Below are positions 22,042 to 31,556 of a stretch of 64,000 bases of DNA, one piece after another. Numbering within the stretch: position 1 is the first letter of the stretch; each line of letters opens with the position of its first letter. Source of the stretch: an uncultured delta proteobacterium (GTDB taxonomy: Bacteria; Desulfobacterota; Desulfuromonadia; Geobacterales; DSM-12255); NCBI GenBank assembly GCA_963787125.1, contig CAWBBV010000001.1:695763-759762 (forward strand), in the 5' to 3' direction. Below the pieces are notes generated by a model. It was not told the DNA's origin. It did not search any database and saw nothing but the letters and a program-made list of their open reading frames with translations. A program made the translations under genes and the position numbers.

Positions 22042-22221
22042 GTTTCAGGGCGGTTACACCGGAGATACGTTCCACCTTGTTGCTTTAATGATGGTTGCGT
22101 AAAACAGTGTTATCTGGTAATGGTAAAATATTGCAAAAAAATAATCAGTAGACAGCTTGTATTTGGAAGAACAAGAGCTAAAATATAGAACCTATTAACG
22201 ATCGAATCCGGGAGAATTTAA

Positions 22222-23499
22222 ATGAGATTATGGTTACCAGCCTCTCTTGCTCTCCTTATAAGCTCAACTGCAATCCTTGATGCAGCCGAAACTACAATCA
22301 GCGGCACATCGCTTTTAAAGTTCGAGCAACGCAGTATCCCTGGCTTTGACAAACAGAACCTTATTCCTGCTACCCAGTTCATCTCTCTTGAGACTGCCGG
22401 AATTGGTGATCCAAATCTTTCCATGCATCTGAGTGGTTGGGGGCGCGTGGATCTTGCGGACAACAGCACCGATAAAAGTAGTGATGGCACTCTCTCCTAC
22501 GGCTATCTACGCTATCTTTTCCCGAAAGCTAATGCAGAACTTAAAGCTGGTCGAATATTTGTTTTTGAGGGGGTTAGCAGTGAAAATGTCGACGGCATAT
22601 ACGCAAAGACTGAGCTGGCAAAAGGCTTCATTCTCTCGGCGTTTGGCGGTGCGCCTGTTCACCCTGCAAGCAGCGTCGATAACCGTGGCAACTACATTAC
22701 CGGGGGGCGATTCAGCTATCTGAATCCGTCTTTTTTTGAACTCGGCTTGTCAACGGTTTATGAGCAGGGGCTGATAAGTGGACCACTAACAAATCTACAT
22801 GATACGCGTCAACTTGTTGGAGGAGATTTATGGCTTAAACCTCATCAGATTGTCGATTTTAAGGGTCGCCTCTCCTATGATACGGTTAATAACGGAGTGG
22901 CTGAGCAGAGTTGGTTGATGGCGCTCAAGGCAGGCAACGACTCGACGATTATCGCCAACTACAGTCAGTATGAGTTCAAGGAGTTTTTTGCAGCTTCTTC
23001 GATCCGCTCTCTCTTTAATCCTGATACGGCCGGAAATCTGAAAACAGCAGGATTGAGCTACACTTTGCAGGTGAGCAAGCCGCTGGAAGTGACGGCTGCA
23101 TACAAGCATTTAGACCGTGACACAACCGGCACCTCGGACAGATACGGGGCTGAAGGGCGTTTGGCGTTATTTGAAGGGAGGGGGATGTCGGGACTCTCAT
23201 ATTTCAGGGTTTCAGCCCCTACAGGCATAAATTCATTTCATGAAGTCCGCGCATATCTCCTTTACACCGCACCAACTTACTCGGCAAGCATTGATGGAAT
23301 TACTCATCTTTACGATGATCCGATTAACGGGAAAAGCAGTGGCTTTGAAATTCAGAGTTCGGCGGGATACCGGTTGAAGCCTGATGTGAATCTTTCGTGC
23401 GATCTGAGTTATGCCCAGAATCCCAGTTACAGTAATGAAGTCAAAGGGCTGGTACGGCTGACTTTTAACTACAATACAGGTAGAGGAGCAGCAAAATGA
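22222..23499 (+). CDS. Outer-membrane beta-barrel (porin of a porin-cytochrome conduit, ExtB-like)
   Basis: Signal peptide, alternating amphipathic beta-strand pattern, terminal strand VRLTFNY; directly precedes cytochrome lipoproteins. Confidence 0.8.
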   Translation: MRLWLPASLALLISSTAILDAAETTISGTSLLKFEQRSIPGFDKQNLIPATQFISLETAGIGDPNLSMHLSGWGRVDLADNSTDKSSDGTLSYGYLRYLFPKANAELKAGRIFVFEGVSSENVDGIYAKTELAKGFILSAFGGAPVHPASSVDNRGNYITGGRFSYLNPSFFELGLSTVYEQGLISGPLTNLHDTRQLVGGDLWLKPHQIVDFKGRLSYDTVNNGVAEQSWLMALKAGNDSTIIANYSQYEFKEFFAASSIRSLFNPDTAGNLKTAGLSYTLQVSKPLEVTAAYKHLDRDTTGTSDRYGAEGRLALFEGRGMSGLSYFRVSAPTGINSFHEVRAYLLYTAPTYSASIDGITHLYDDPINGKSSGFEIQSSAGYRLKPDVNLSCDLSYAQNPSYSNEVKGLVRLTFNYNTGRGAAK

Positions 23500-23969
23500 G
23501 ACTCCGTATATCCGGCTTACCGATTCTATTACTGCTTGCTGCCATGGTGTTATCTGCCTGTGCGACGCTGTTTTCCCAGGGGACAAGCCTCCCTGCCGCT
23601 CACCCGGAAGCATTGGGTGAAAAGAGAGTCCTCTGCAGCGAGTGTCACGAGGAGCAGGCAAAAGGGAGCCTCAAAGCTTTGCCAACCTTTAGCCATACTC
23701 CAATATTTATCCGCGAGCATCGTCTTTACGCCATGAATAGCGAGCGACTCTGTTCAGTCTGTCATGCAGTTTCGTTCTGTAACGACTGTCATGCTACAAA
23801 AAATGAGGTTAAACCTTCAGAGAAACTAGGTAATCGGCCTGATCGTGATCTGATGCACCGTGGTGACTTCATGACCAGGCACAGGATTGAAGGGAAGATA
23901 GATCCGTCAAGCTGTTACCGCTGCCACGGCAGGGGCAATAACGAACAGTGCCGCACTTGTCATAGATAG
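23496..23969 (+). CDS. Pentaheme c-type cytochrome lipoprotein (ExtC-like)
   Basis: Lipobox LSAC; five CxxCH motifs (CSECH, CSVCH, CNDCH, CYRCH, CRTCH). Confidence 0.9.
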   Translation: MRLRISGLPILLLLAAMVLSACATLFSQGTSLPAAHPEALGEKRVLCSECHEEQAKGSLKALPTFSHTPIFIREHRLYAMNSERLCSVCHAVSFCNDCHATKNEVKPSEKLGNRPDRDLMHRGDFMTRHRIEGKIDPSSCYRCHGRGNNEQCRTCHR

Positions 23970-23978
23970 GGGAGAGCG

Positions 23979-24950
23979 ATGAGAGTACTCATGATAATTG
24001 CGTTGACTTCCCTCTTGTGGGGTTGCGGCAAGGCAAATGATGCTATGGTAACAGTAGATCCTTCCGGCAAACATCCCACAACCTGGAGAGTATCGCACGG
24101 TACATCGTTCCTGCAGGATGGGACAACCTGCAGAGGTTGCCACGGAGCAGCTCTCGGCGGCGGAATATCCGGAGTGAGCTGTTCGTCTGCCACTTTCAAC
24201 GGACTCTCCTGTCATGCAAATGGGCCCCATCCGCTTCCGTGGCCTGATCATAACAAGGCGACCAATCAGCTTAACAGCTGCTCCCCTTGTCATGGCGTAG
24301 CATTAACAGGCGGAGCAACAGCGCCGGCATGTGCAAAATGCCATATTAATCTCCCCCCAGGGAGTGTGCCGGTCTTGGGTGTCTGTACCAGCTGTCACGG
24401 CAATCCTCCTGACGGTTCGATCTTCCCTAATTTATCCGGTTCTCACCGTGCCCACACTCAAATTCCACTGTTTTGTGCGGTCTGCCACGATGGCGGTGGG
24501 AGTGGAACTGCAACCCATGGCAAAACTCTTACTGTTGCCTTTCCGGCAGCATACAACGCTAAAAGCGGCATTGCCGTGCGTAACGCTGATGGAACCTGTT
24601 CGAATATCAGCTGTCATGGCGGAAAAACCACCAAATTTTGGCGTGGCGGCAGAGTCGATCCATTAAAAGACTGTCAATTCTGCCATGATGCCGGATCAGC
24701 TCAGTATAATAGCTACAATTCGGGAGAGCACCAGAAACATTTGCTGGAAATAGGGCTTCTCTGTGTCGACTGTCATGATATGACAGCGGTCTCCGGAGGC
24801 AAATCCCATTTCAGTGGCCTCTCAACGCCGGCGTTCGAGCTCCCTCCGCAAAGCACTCTGAGAGCTCCACTTAATTTCAACAGTGGCAGTTGCACTCCAA
24901 ATGCAGGATCATTTTCTATCGGAGTCTGCCATGCGACCAAAAACTGGTAA
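23979..24950 (+). CDS. Multiheme c-type cytochrome lipoprotein (7 CxxCH + CX4CH + CX9CH + CX11CH)
   Basis: Lipobox LWGC; motifs counted from the translation. Confidence 0.9.
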   Translation: MRVLMIIALTSLLWGCGKANDAMVTVDPSGKHPTTWRVSHGTSFLQDGTTCRGCHGAALGGGISGVSCSSATFNGLSCHANGPHPLPWPDHNKATNQLNSCSPCHGVALTGGATAPACAKCHINLPPGSVPVLGVCTSCHGNPPDGSIFPNLSGSHRAHTQIPLFCAVCHDGGGSGTATHGKTLTVAFPAAYNAKSGIAVRNADGTCSNISCHGGKTTKFWRGGRVDPLKDCQFCHDAGSAQYNSYNSGEHQKHLLEIGLLCVDCHDMTAVSGGKSHFSGLSTPAFELPPQSTLRAPLNFNSGSCTPNAGSFSIGVCHATKNW

Positions 24951-24981
24951 GTCACTTTTGTGTTGCCAGGAGGCGTTTTTG

Positions 24982-27678
24982 ATGACTGTTTTCAAGAAAA
25001 TTATGAGTGCCCTGATTCTGCTAACTGTGGTTCTCCATATTAATCTTCTGGCTGCTGCCGCCGCAACAGCTCCACTTGTTCAGGTCCTTGCTCCTATCAT
25101 AACCGGAGTTGCCACTCCAGTAAGGATTGCGGAGGATAAGTCCGGTAACTTTTACCTGACAGATCCAAAGGCCGGAGGTGTACTGAAATTTGACAAGTCA
25201 GGGCAGCTTGTCACTACCTTTACCATGAAAAAACCTCAAGGAATTGCAGTTACAGATTCTGGTGATCTGGTCGTCAGTCAGGGTGATGTCGTAACGGTCA
25301 TGAATTCGTCAGGTAATGAAAAGTTCAAACTTGGCAAAGGTGTTGGTCAGTTCAAAATGGCAAACGGGATAGCCATTGATGCTGCCGGTTACATTTACGT
25401 TGTCGACAGTCTTGACGATTGCGTGCAGTTGTTTAACTCTGCTGGTGCAGCGGTCAATAGCGGCAATGCTGCCAATGGCAAACCTGCCAATAGCTTCGGA
25501 AGCAGCGGTTCCGCGAATGGCCAGTTTTCAATGCCGACCGGGATAGCTTTTGAAAAAGTTGCCGGCCAAGTTGCTGTAGTTGACACACTCAACGGTCGAG
25601 TCCAGTTCTTTGACACTGCCGGAGTCTGGAAAAGAGCTATTGGCGGTCTTAGTCCAGGTGTTTTCAGGTTCACATCGCCGCTTTCTGTAGCCTTTGAATA
25701 TGCCGCAGGCAGCAATGCGGCGCTGCAGCGGATGTACGTCACCGACTCATTTCAGAGCAGCGTTCAGGTTATTGACCCGGCGACAACGCCTGTCTGGCTC
25801 GGTTTCATTGGCAGTTACGGCAAGTCAGCCGGCAAGTTGATGAACCCTTCAGACGCGATATTTGATCCGATTGGCGGGCGTCTTCTGGTTGCTAACGGTT
25901 TCGGGAACATAACGGTATACGGCATAAACGGCGGCGGGTTGCCTACAGATACAATCCCTCCTGCCCTTACGGTTAATCCGGTGCCACAAATAACATCCTC
26001 AACAAACATAACAGTCAGTGGCACAGTTGAGTCCGGAGCCAAGCTCTCTGTAGTTACTGATACTGCGGCTCTGGCAGGAGCTCCGGTCTTGAGCAGCGTG
26101 ACAGAATGGTCTGTGCCGGTTACTTCGCTTGTGCCGGGGGCAAACGGTATTACAGTTACGGCAACTGACCCGGCCGGTAATGTAGCTACCCAAAAAGTTA
26201 CCGTATTTTACAGTGCTGCAGCTGTTAACCTGACAATCAACAAGGTTGCAACTCCAACTAACAGCAGTAGTCAGACCATTGCCGGTACTATGGATGCGGG
26301 AGCGACTGTTTCAGTTGCCATCGACACAGTTGCAACTGTTGTTACAACTACAGTTGGAGCTACCTGGAGCAGCGTAATCACAGGGCTGGTCAACGGAGCA
26401 AATGTCGTTACAGTTACTGCGTCCTTGGCTGGTAAAGATACGGCAGTGAGTAAAACTGCCATCACTTTGAGTACAACACCTCCGCCAATTGTCTTTGCCA
26501 TGTTGGCTGACGGTAGCGTGACAAGTTCGCCACTCCTTACAGTTAGCGGCCTTACGGATGGAAATATATCGCTCGTAACTATCAATGGTGCACCGGTAAA
26601 GACAGACAAAGGACTCTTCTCTAAAGGGATAATCCTAGCCAGTGGGGTAAACGTTATCACTGTCTCTGCGACCGATGCAGCCGGGAACAGCACGACTATG
26701 ACGAGAACTATCACCTACGATCCGTCTGCTCCGACTGTCAGCATCTCAGCACCGACCAGCGGCAAGGTAACCAGTCAGAACAGCGTGCAGGTGAGCGGGA
26801 CATCTTCTGGCAGCAACAGTGTGATCAAAGTTAATGGCGCAATTCAGGCTAACGTTTCAGGTGGAAGCTGGACAGCTAGTGTCCCTCTTGGCGGCGGCGT
26901 CGGTCTGTATACCATCGAAGTTGTAACAACTGCAGGCAGCAAAACAGCTGCCACGGCTGTCACCATCTCGCTTGTCGATCTGACTGCCCCGACGCTGGAG
27001 CTTGTTTCCATCCCTCAGGACGTTGCGACGAACAGTACCAGTCTTGCCGTTTCAGGGTTTGCAGGAGCTGCTTCGGTAAGTGTAACACTTGACGGGGTTG
27101 CACTGCCGGTAACCTTTGCTCCGGCAAACGGCGACTATAATCTGACAGCAACAGTAACAACTGCAGGGGAGCACCGGCTGGCAGTAACGGCTACCGATGC
27201 CTTTGGCAACACCAGTACCGTTATCCGGACAATTATTTTTGACATAACATCGCCTGCTCTGACAGTTACTGCCCAAAGTTCAAGCCTGCTCTCAGGAACC
27301 GGCGAATCAGGGGCTGTCGTTACCATCAAGGATTCAAGCGGCGCTACGGTCGGGACTACGGTTGTTGGCAGCAATGGTGTATGGAACCTGCCGTTAACAG
27401 GTACTGAGGCCGGACCGCTCAATATCTACGCGCTTGATATTGCCGGCAACAGCTCCAGAAACGGTGATATTAATGGTGGCGGAGCAGTGGATATTGCAGA
27501 TGCCCTGAAAGCGATGAGAATTGCTGTCAATCTTGATCCAGTGCCGGGTGCAAATTCACAGGAGCTTTTAAGGGGAGATGTTGCACCTTTATTGAAAGGT
27601 GTTTCAATGCCTGACGGAAAGATCGATATGGATGACGTCCTGGTGATTTTGATGAAAGTTACGGGGCTCTTAAAGTAA
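24982..27678 (+). CDS. Secreted NHL-repeat beta-propeller + Ig-like repeats + C-terminal dockerin-like domain
   Basis: ATG 24982 after AGGAGG; signal peptide; NHL repeats (GQF.MP.GIA, YVVDS); Ig-like repeats (ATDxAGN); terminal GDINGGGAVDIADAL...GDVAP...DGKIDMDDVL. Confidence 0.85.
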   Translation: MTVFKKIMSALILLTVVLHINLLAAAAATAPLVQVLAPIITGVATPVRIAEDKSGNFYLTDPKAGGVLKFDKSGQLVTTFTMKKPQGIAVTDSGDLVVSQGDVVTVMNSSGNEKFKLGKGVGQFKMANGIAIDAAGYIYVVDSLDDCVQLFNSAGAAVNSGNAANGKPANSFGSSGSANGQFSMPTGIAFEKVAGQVAVVDTLNGRVQFFDTAGVWKRAIGGLSPGVFRFTSPLSVAFEYAAGSNAALQRMYVTDSFQSSVQVIDPATTPVWLGFIGSYGKSAGKLMNPSDAIFDPIGGRLLVANGFGNITVYGINGGGLPTDTIPPALTVNPVPQITSSTNITVSGTVESGAKLSVVTDTAALAGAPVLSSVTEWSVPVTSLVPGANGITVTATDPAGNVATQKVTVFYSAAAVNLTINKVATPTNSSSQTIAGTMDAGATVSVAIDTVATVVTTTVGATWSSVITGLVNGANVVTVTASLAGKDTAVSKTAITLSTTPPPIVFAMLADGSVTSSPLLTVSGLTDGNISLVTINGAPVKTDKGLFSKGIILASGVNVITVSATDAAGNSTTMTRTITYDPSAPTVSISAPTSGKVTSQNSVQVSGTSSGSNSVIKVNGAIQANVSGGSWTASVPLGGGVGLYTIEVVTTAGSKTAATAVTISLVDLTAPTLELVSIPQDVATNSTSLAVSGFAGAASVSVTLDGVALPVTFAPANGDYNLTATVTTAGEHRLAVTATDAFGNTSTVIRTIIFDITSPALTVTAQSSSLLSGTGESGAVVTIKDSSGATVGTTVVGSNGVWNLPLTGTEAGPLNIYALDIAGNSSRNGDINGGGAVDIADALKAMRIAVNLDPVPGANSQELLRGDVAPLLKGVSMPDGKIDMDDVLVILMKVTGLLK

Positions 27679-27705
27679 AAACATCAGCATTAAAAGGGTT
27701 AAAAA

Positions 27706-28215
27706 ATGAGAAAAATAGTTATTATTGTGTCAGTAAGTCTGGTTGCGGCACTTCAATTAGCCGGTTGTGGTTCTGGTTCAACGGTTACGATTCCACAACA
27801 AAAAACCGCAAAAATAGTCTTTTCTGCTTCAACGTCGGCAGCACTGCCAGTGCCCGTCAGGACATTGACAATAGTTGCCAATATCCCTGCAGGGGTCACC
27901 GTGCCTCTCAATGCTGACGGTACGCCGGTCTTTACTACTACCAAAAGCAGCGCATACCCTACCGGTAGTTTTATCCCTCCGCGTTTGACCATAGCTCTGG
28001 CAGATGCAACATCACCTTCTGGACTCGGTTCAGTCAATGTGGGGGCCTTTGCTGAAATTGTTGTTTCGTATCCGTCCGGTTCTTCGATTACTGAAGCAAG
28101 TTTTACCGGAATCAACAATCCTTTTCCGAACTTTACTGCGACAGGGCTGGATAGTGCGCCCTCCACAGTAATCCTTACAGGGGTACTTAAGCCCTCAATG
28201 AAGGTAACGTTTTGA
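27706..28215 (+). CDS. Lipoprotein, all-beta, unknown function (cohesin-like candidate)
   Basis: Lipobox LAGC, GS linker, ~140-aa beta-rich domain, no heme motif. Confidence 0.7.
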   Translation: MRKIVIIVSVSLVAALQLAGCGSGSTVTIPQQKTAKIVFSASTSAALPVPVRTLTIVANIPAGVTVPLNADGTPVFTTTKSSAYPTGSFIPPRLTIALADATSPSGLGSVNVGAFAEIVVSYPSGSSITEASFTGINNPFPNFTATGLDSAPSTVILTGVLKPSMKVTF

Positions 28216-28255
28216 TTTCGGTTTCTGACAAGCCTGTTTTTCACGGGAGTGCAAG

Positions 28256-31200
28256 ATGATGATTAAAAGCCTTCTGCTCGCGATACTCTGCCTCATACCT
28301 GTTTCCGGAATGGCAGTCACTGTTGACGCTCCTCACGGCGGAGTGTCAAGCGGCTATACATGTGCTAATTGTCATACGACTCACGCTGACCTTGGTAGTA
28401 ACGGTTACGATAACATCTGTCTCAACTGTCACCGGACAGGTATGCCAAAAAGCGGTAACAGGCCGTTTAGTCCTGCGGATGCGGCAAATCCCTTTGGAAC
28501 AATGACAGGCATCCTCCCGGCTAAACTTTACCAGACCTCCCATAACTGGAGCAGTCCGGATACTCTGGCTGCAGCAGGAGCTGAGCCGCCACTGATGGGC
28601 GCGATGACTTCCAACAGTCTGAGAGCGAGAACCGGCAACCGCCTTGCCTGTGTGCGCTGCCATAACCAGCATGACAACAGTAATCCGCCCTTTCTGCGCG
28701 TAACTAACAATCGTGACCAGTTATGTCTTGATTGTCACCGCAGTCGCAATGTCAGAAATCATGCGGCCGGGAGCCACCCAGTCAACTTCAGCTACAGCGG
28801 TGCAGGTTCAAAAGTCAGGACAAATCCAACTCAGTTCAACAATCCCCCTCTCAATGCCAATCCTGCCAATGCCACGGCTGATCTGGGCAGGGCAATGGGG
28901 AAAACTGGAGGAACGCTTCTCTGTACCACCTGTCATGCGGTTCATTATGGCGATTCATCAAGTGCTACCTTTGACAACCACTCAGGCTATAATGACCTTA
29001 AAGATGCAGACGGGAATCTACTCAGAACCGATCTTCATGGCGAAGGTGCCGATGCGACCAATATTTGCACCAATTGTCATGCCGGGAAAAAGGCTCATAA
29101 CGGCCGGGGACAGAATGTTCAGTGCGCCGACTGCCACGGAGCCCATGTTGCCTATGATAAAAATGCCGTAACTGCAGGGCAGAAAATTCCTAATGTCTGG
29201 CTGGTCAAGCGCTACATGAATATTTCAACCGTGTCAGGTTCCGCAAAGAAGCATGCGGTTTATTTCCAGTCGACAACTGCAAAAAATTACAAGGACTCTG
29301 CCGGCAATGGAGTATGTCAGTCGTGTCATGAAGTGCCGATCGGGTCCGGATATCCGGCAGAGCATAACAGTCTGTCAGCAGATGTCTGCAACGGCTGTCA
29401 TTTCCACTCAAACAGCTCCGGTTCATTTTCCGCGCTTGCTTCAGGGTCGTGCAATTCCTGTCACGGTTATCCACCGCAGGCCAACACTCCTGGCGGGCCG
29501 CGAGGTTACGCTGTTTTTAACGGTAATATCGCCTCACCGTTTACCAACGAGTCTTCAAGTCCTCACATCACTCATGCCGGTGGAATAACCTACAGCAAAG
29601 CGTGCAAGGAGTGTCATCAGGGTAACATCCACCGCTCGGGGACTTTTCAGGATATATTCAAGGACACGACCGGCCTTGTTGCCGGACTCTTCGGCGCTGT
29701 GCCGACTTTCAGCGGGGGTAACCCGCAGGCGCCGCTCTGCTCGAATGTCTACTGCCATAGTGACGGCGCCCCCAGAAACGCGGCGCTGATTCCGGTACTG
29801 ACTACCAAGACGATCCCTGGTTGGGCAAATGGCCGCGGAGCACTGGTCGGTCAAGCTGATGAATGTCGCCGCTGCCATGGCGATGCGACAAGTCTCAATA
29901 CAAATTCACACAAAAAGCATCTTGCCGGTGCTATCGGCTGTGTCAGTTGCCACAGCGCCACTGTTGCCGACAGCAAGACAATAAAAAATTTCATCCTCCA
30001 TGCCGATGGCGTAAAAAATATTCAATTCGGCAGTTTTACCGCTGCTTTTCGAGCCGGATGGAATGAAGCAACGGCAACCTGTTCAACGCTTTACTGTCAC
30101 AGCACAGTGCAGGGGGCCGCTGGCAAAGGTGCGCCGACAGCCTATGCAACTCCTGTATGGGGTGGTGCAACCCTTACCTGCGGCAGCTGTCATCTGGACG
30201 AAGCAACCGATGCGGTTGGTACCGGCAGCCACCATGTTCACACCAATGTCGGCGGCGCCAATCTTGACTGCGCCCGCTGTCACCTCGGTTACACCAAAAC
30301 AACGTCAGCTCCAACCACACATGTGAACGGTTTGATCGATCTCGGCGCTGCCGGAATCAATTATTCACAAGGAAGCGGCGCCGGTCATCCGGCCGGCAAC
30401 GGCTACGGCAACTGCTCTTCAACGGTCTGTCACGGTAGCGGCATACCTGTTTGGGGCAGTCCGCTCTGGTCAACTACCGACCAGTGCGGCAAGTGCCACA
30501 GCAGTTCTGCAGCAGGAGCTGTGACCGCAGGCACCCCTTACTACAGCACCTCCTTCCCGACCAAAACCACCTTGAATACCGATCCCAAGGTCGGCGCTCA
30601 CACAGCCCATATAACCGCCAGTGAAAGCCTCCATCCGGGCTTGGCCTGCGCCGACTGCCACGGCATAGTCAACCTCAATGATGCCACCCATATGAATGGC
30701 GTCACCAATTTCAACTGGAGCGTTTTGGCAAAAACCGGCAACCTGTCCCCTTCCTACAACCCGGCAACCGGCCAGTGCACCAACGTCTACTGCCATGGCA
30801 ACGCCATGCCTGGTGGCGACACCAGCGGCAGCAACAAATCACCGATCTGGAACGTGCCGACATATCTGCCGGCGACACTAACAGTTGCCGGCTGCGGCAC
30901 CTGCCACGGCTTCCCTCCGCCGACTGCTAACGGCCACCCAGCCGTTATCCTGCCGGTCGGTTTTCCGTCAGCAACAGTGCCAATCGGCACAAGCTGCAAC
31001 TGCCACGGCAATATAAATCCTGCCGGCTATAGTTATGCCAACATTTTTGTCGACAAAACCATGCACATAAACGGCACGCTCGAAGGTGGCAAATGCGATT
31101 CCTGCCACGGTTATCCACCGGCAAGTGTCGGCTTCAAAGGCACCCAGAACAACTGGAGCAGTGCCCGGACAGAAGATTACGCCGGTGGTGGTGGCGCTCA

Positions 31201-31477
31201 CACGATCAACAAGCATGTCAGCAGCACCGCCAAGCCGGCAGACGGCTTTGCCTTCTGCAGCAATTGCCATGTGTCGAATGATCATCAGATGAGCCCGACT
31301 GTATTTATTCCCAGCCAGAACATCAAAATAAGGATCAGTCAGGGTGTCAGACTGGTAGCGGCAAAACAGGCTAAATACAGTTCAAATCGACTCGATGGCG
31401 TCACGCATCAAACCGGGACCTGTTCCAACATAAGTTGCCACTTCGGGGCCACTCCTAAATGGGATCAGAATCATTAA
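28256..31477 (+). CDS. Large multiheme cytochrome c, CxxxxCH/CxxCH family (~26 heme motifs)
   Basis: Signal peptide; by eye 20 CxxCH, 5 CX4CH, 1 CXCH. Confidence 0.93.
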   Translation: MMIKSLLLAILCLIPVSGMAVTVDAPHGGVSSGYTCANCHTTHADLGSNGYDNICLNCHRTGMPKSGNRPFSPADAANPFGTMTGILPAKLYQTSHNWSSPDTLAAAGAEPPLMGAMTSNSLRARTGNRLACVRCHNQHDNSNPPFLRVTNNRDQLCLDCHRSRNVRNHAAGSHPVNFSYSGAGSKVRTNPTQFNNPPLNANPANATADLGRAMGKTGGTLLCTTCHAVHYGDSSSATFDNHSGYNDLKDADGNLLRTDLHGEGADATNICTNCHAGKKAHNGRGQNVQCADCHGAHVAYDKNAVTAGQKIPNVWLVKRYMNISTVSGSAKKHAVYFQSTTAKNYKDSAGNGVCQSCHEVPIGSGYPAEHNSLSADVCNGCHFHSNSSGSFSALASGSCNSCHGYPPQANTPGGPRGYAVFNGNIASPFTNESSSPHITHAGGITYSKACKECHQGNIHRSGTFQDIFKDTTGLVAGLFGAVPTFSGGNPQAPLCSNVYCHSDGAPRNAALIPVLTTKTIPGWANGRGALVGQADECRRCHGDATSLNTNSHKKHLAGAIGCVSCHSATVADSKTIKNFILHADGVKNIQFGSFTAAFRAGWNEATATCSTLYCHSTVQGAAGKGAPTAYATPVWGGATLTCGSCHLDEATDAVGTGSHHVHTNVGGANLDCARCHLGYTKTTSAPTTHVNGLIDLGAAGINYSQGSGAGHPAGNGYGNCSSTVCHGSGIPVWGSPLWSTTDQCGKCHSSSAAGAVTAGTPYYSTSFPTKTTLNTDPKVGAHTAHITASESLHPGLACADCHGIVNLNDATHMNGVTNFNWSVLAKTGNLSPSYNPATGQCTNVYCHGNAMPGGDTSGSNKSPIWNVPTYLPATLTVAGCGTCHGFPPPTANGHPAVILPVGFPSATVPIGTSCNCHGNINPAGYSYANIFVDKTMHINGTLEGGKCDSCHGYPPASVGFKGTQNNWSSARTEDYAGGGGAHTINKHVSSTAKPADGFAFCSNCHVSNDHQMSPTVFIPSQNIKIRISQGVRLVAAKQAKYSSNRLDGVTHQTGTCSNISCHFGATPKWDQNH
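30164..31263 (+). repeat. ~1.1-kb direct repeat, copy 1 (within cytochrome 28256-31477)
   Basis: Near-identical to 32781-33880 at a constant offset of 2617 bp; shadow ORFs 30470/33087 and 30787/33404 are also duplicated. Confidence 0.95.
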
Positions 31478-31556
31478 TCTTAAGCGGGTCTAAAAAATAC
31501 TGTAAGGATTTGTTTTGGTGAAAATGTTTATAATTGACAGGGAAAAGGAGTCCTAA

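Noticed and set aside
21928..22188. 86-aa ORF upstream of the porin
   Set aside because: Overlaps the riboswitch and its terminator, TTG start, no recognisable protein features.
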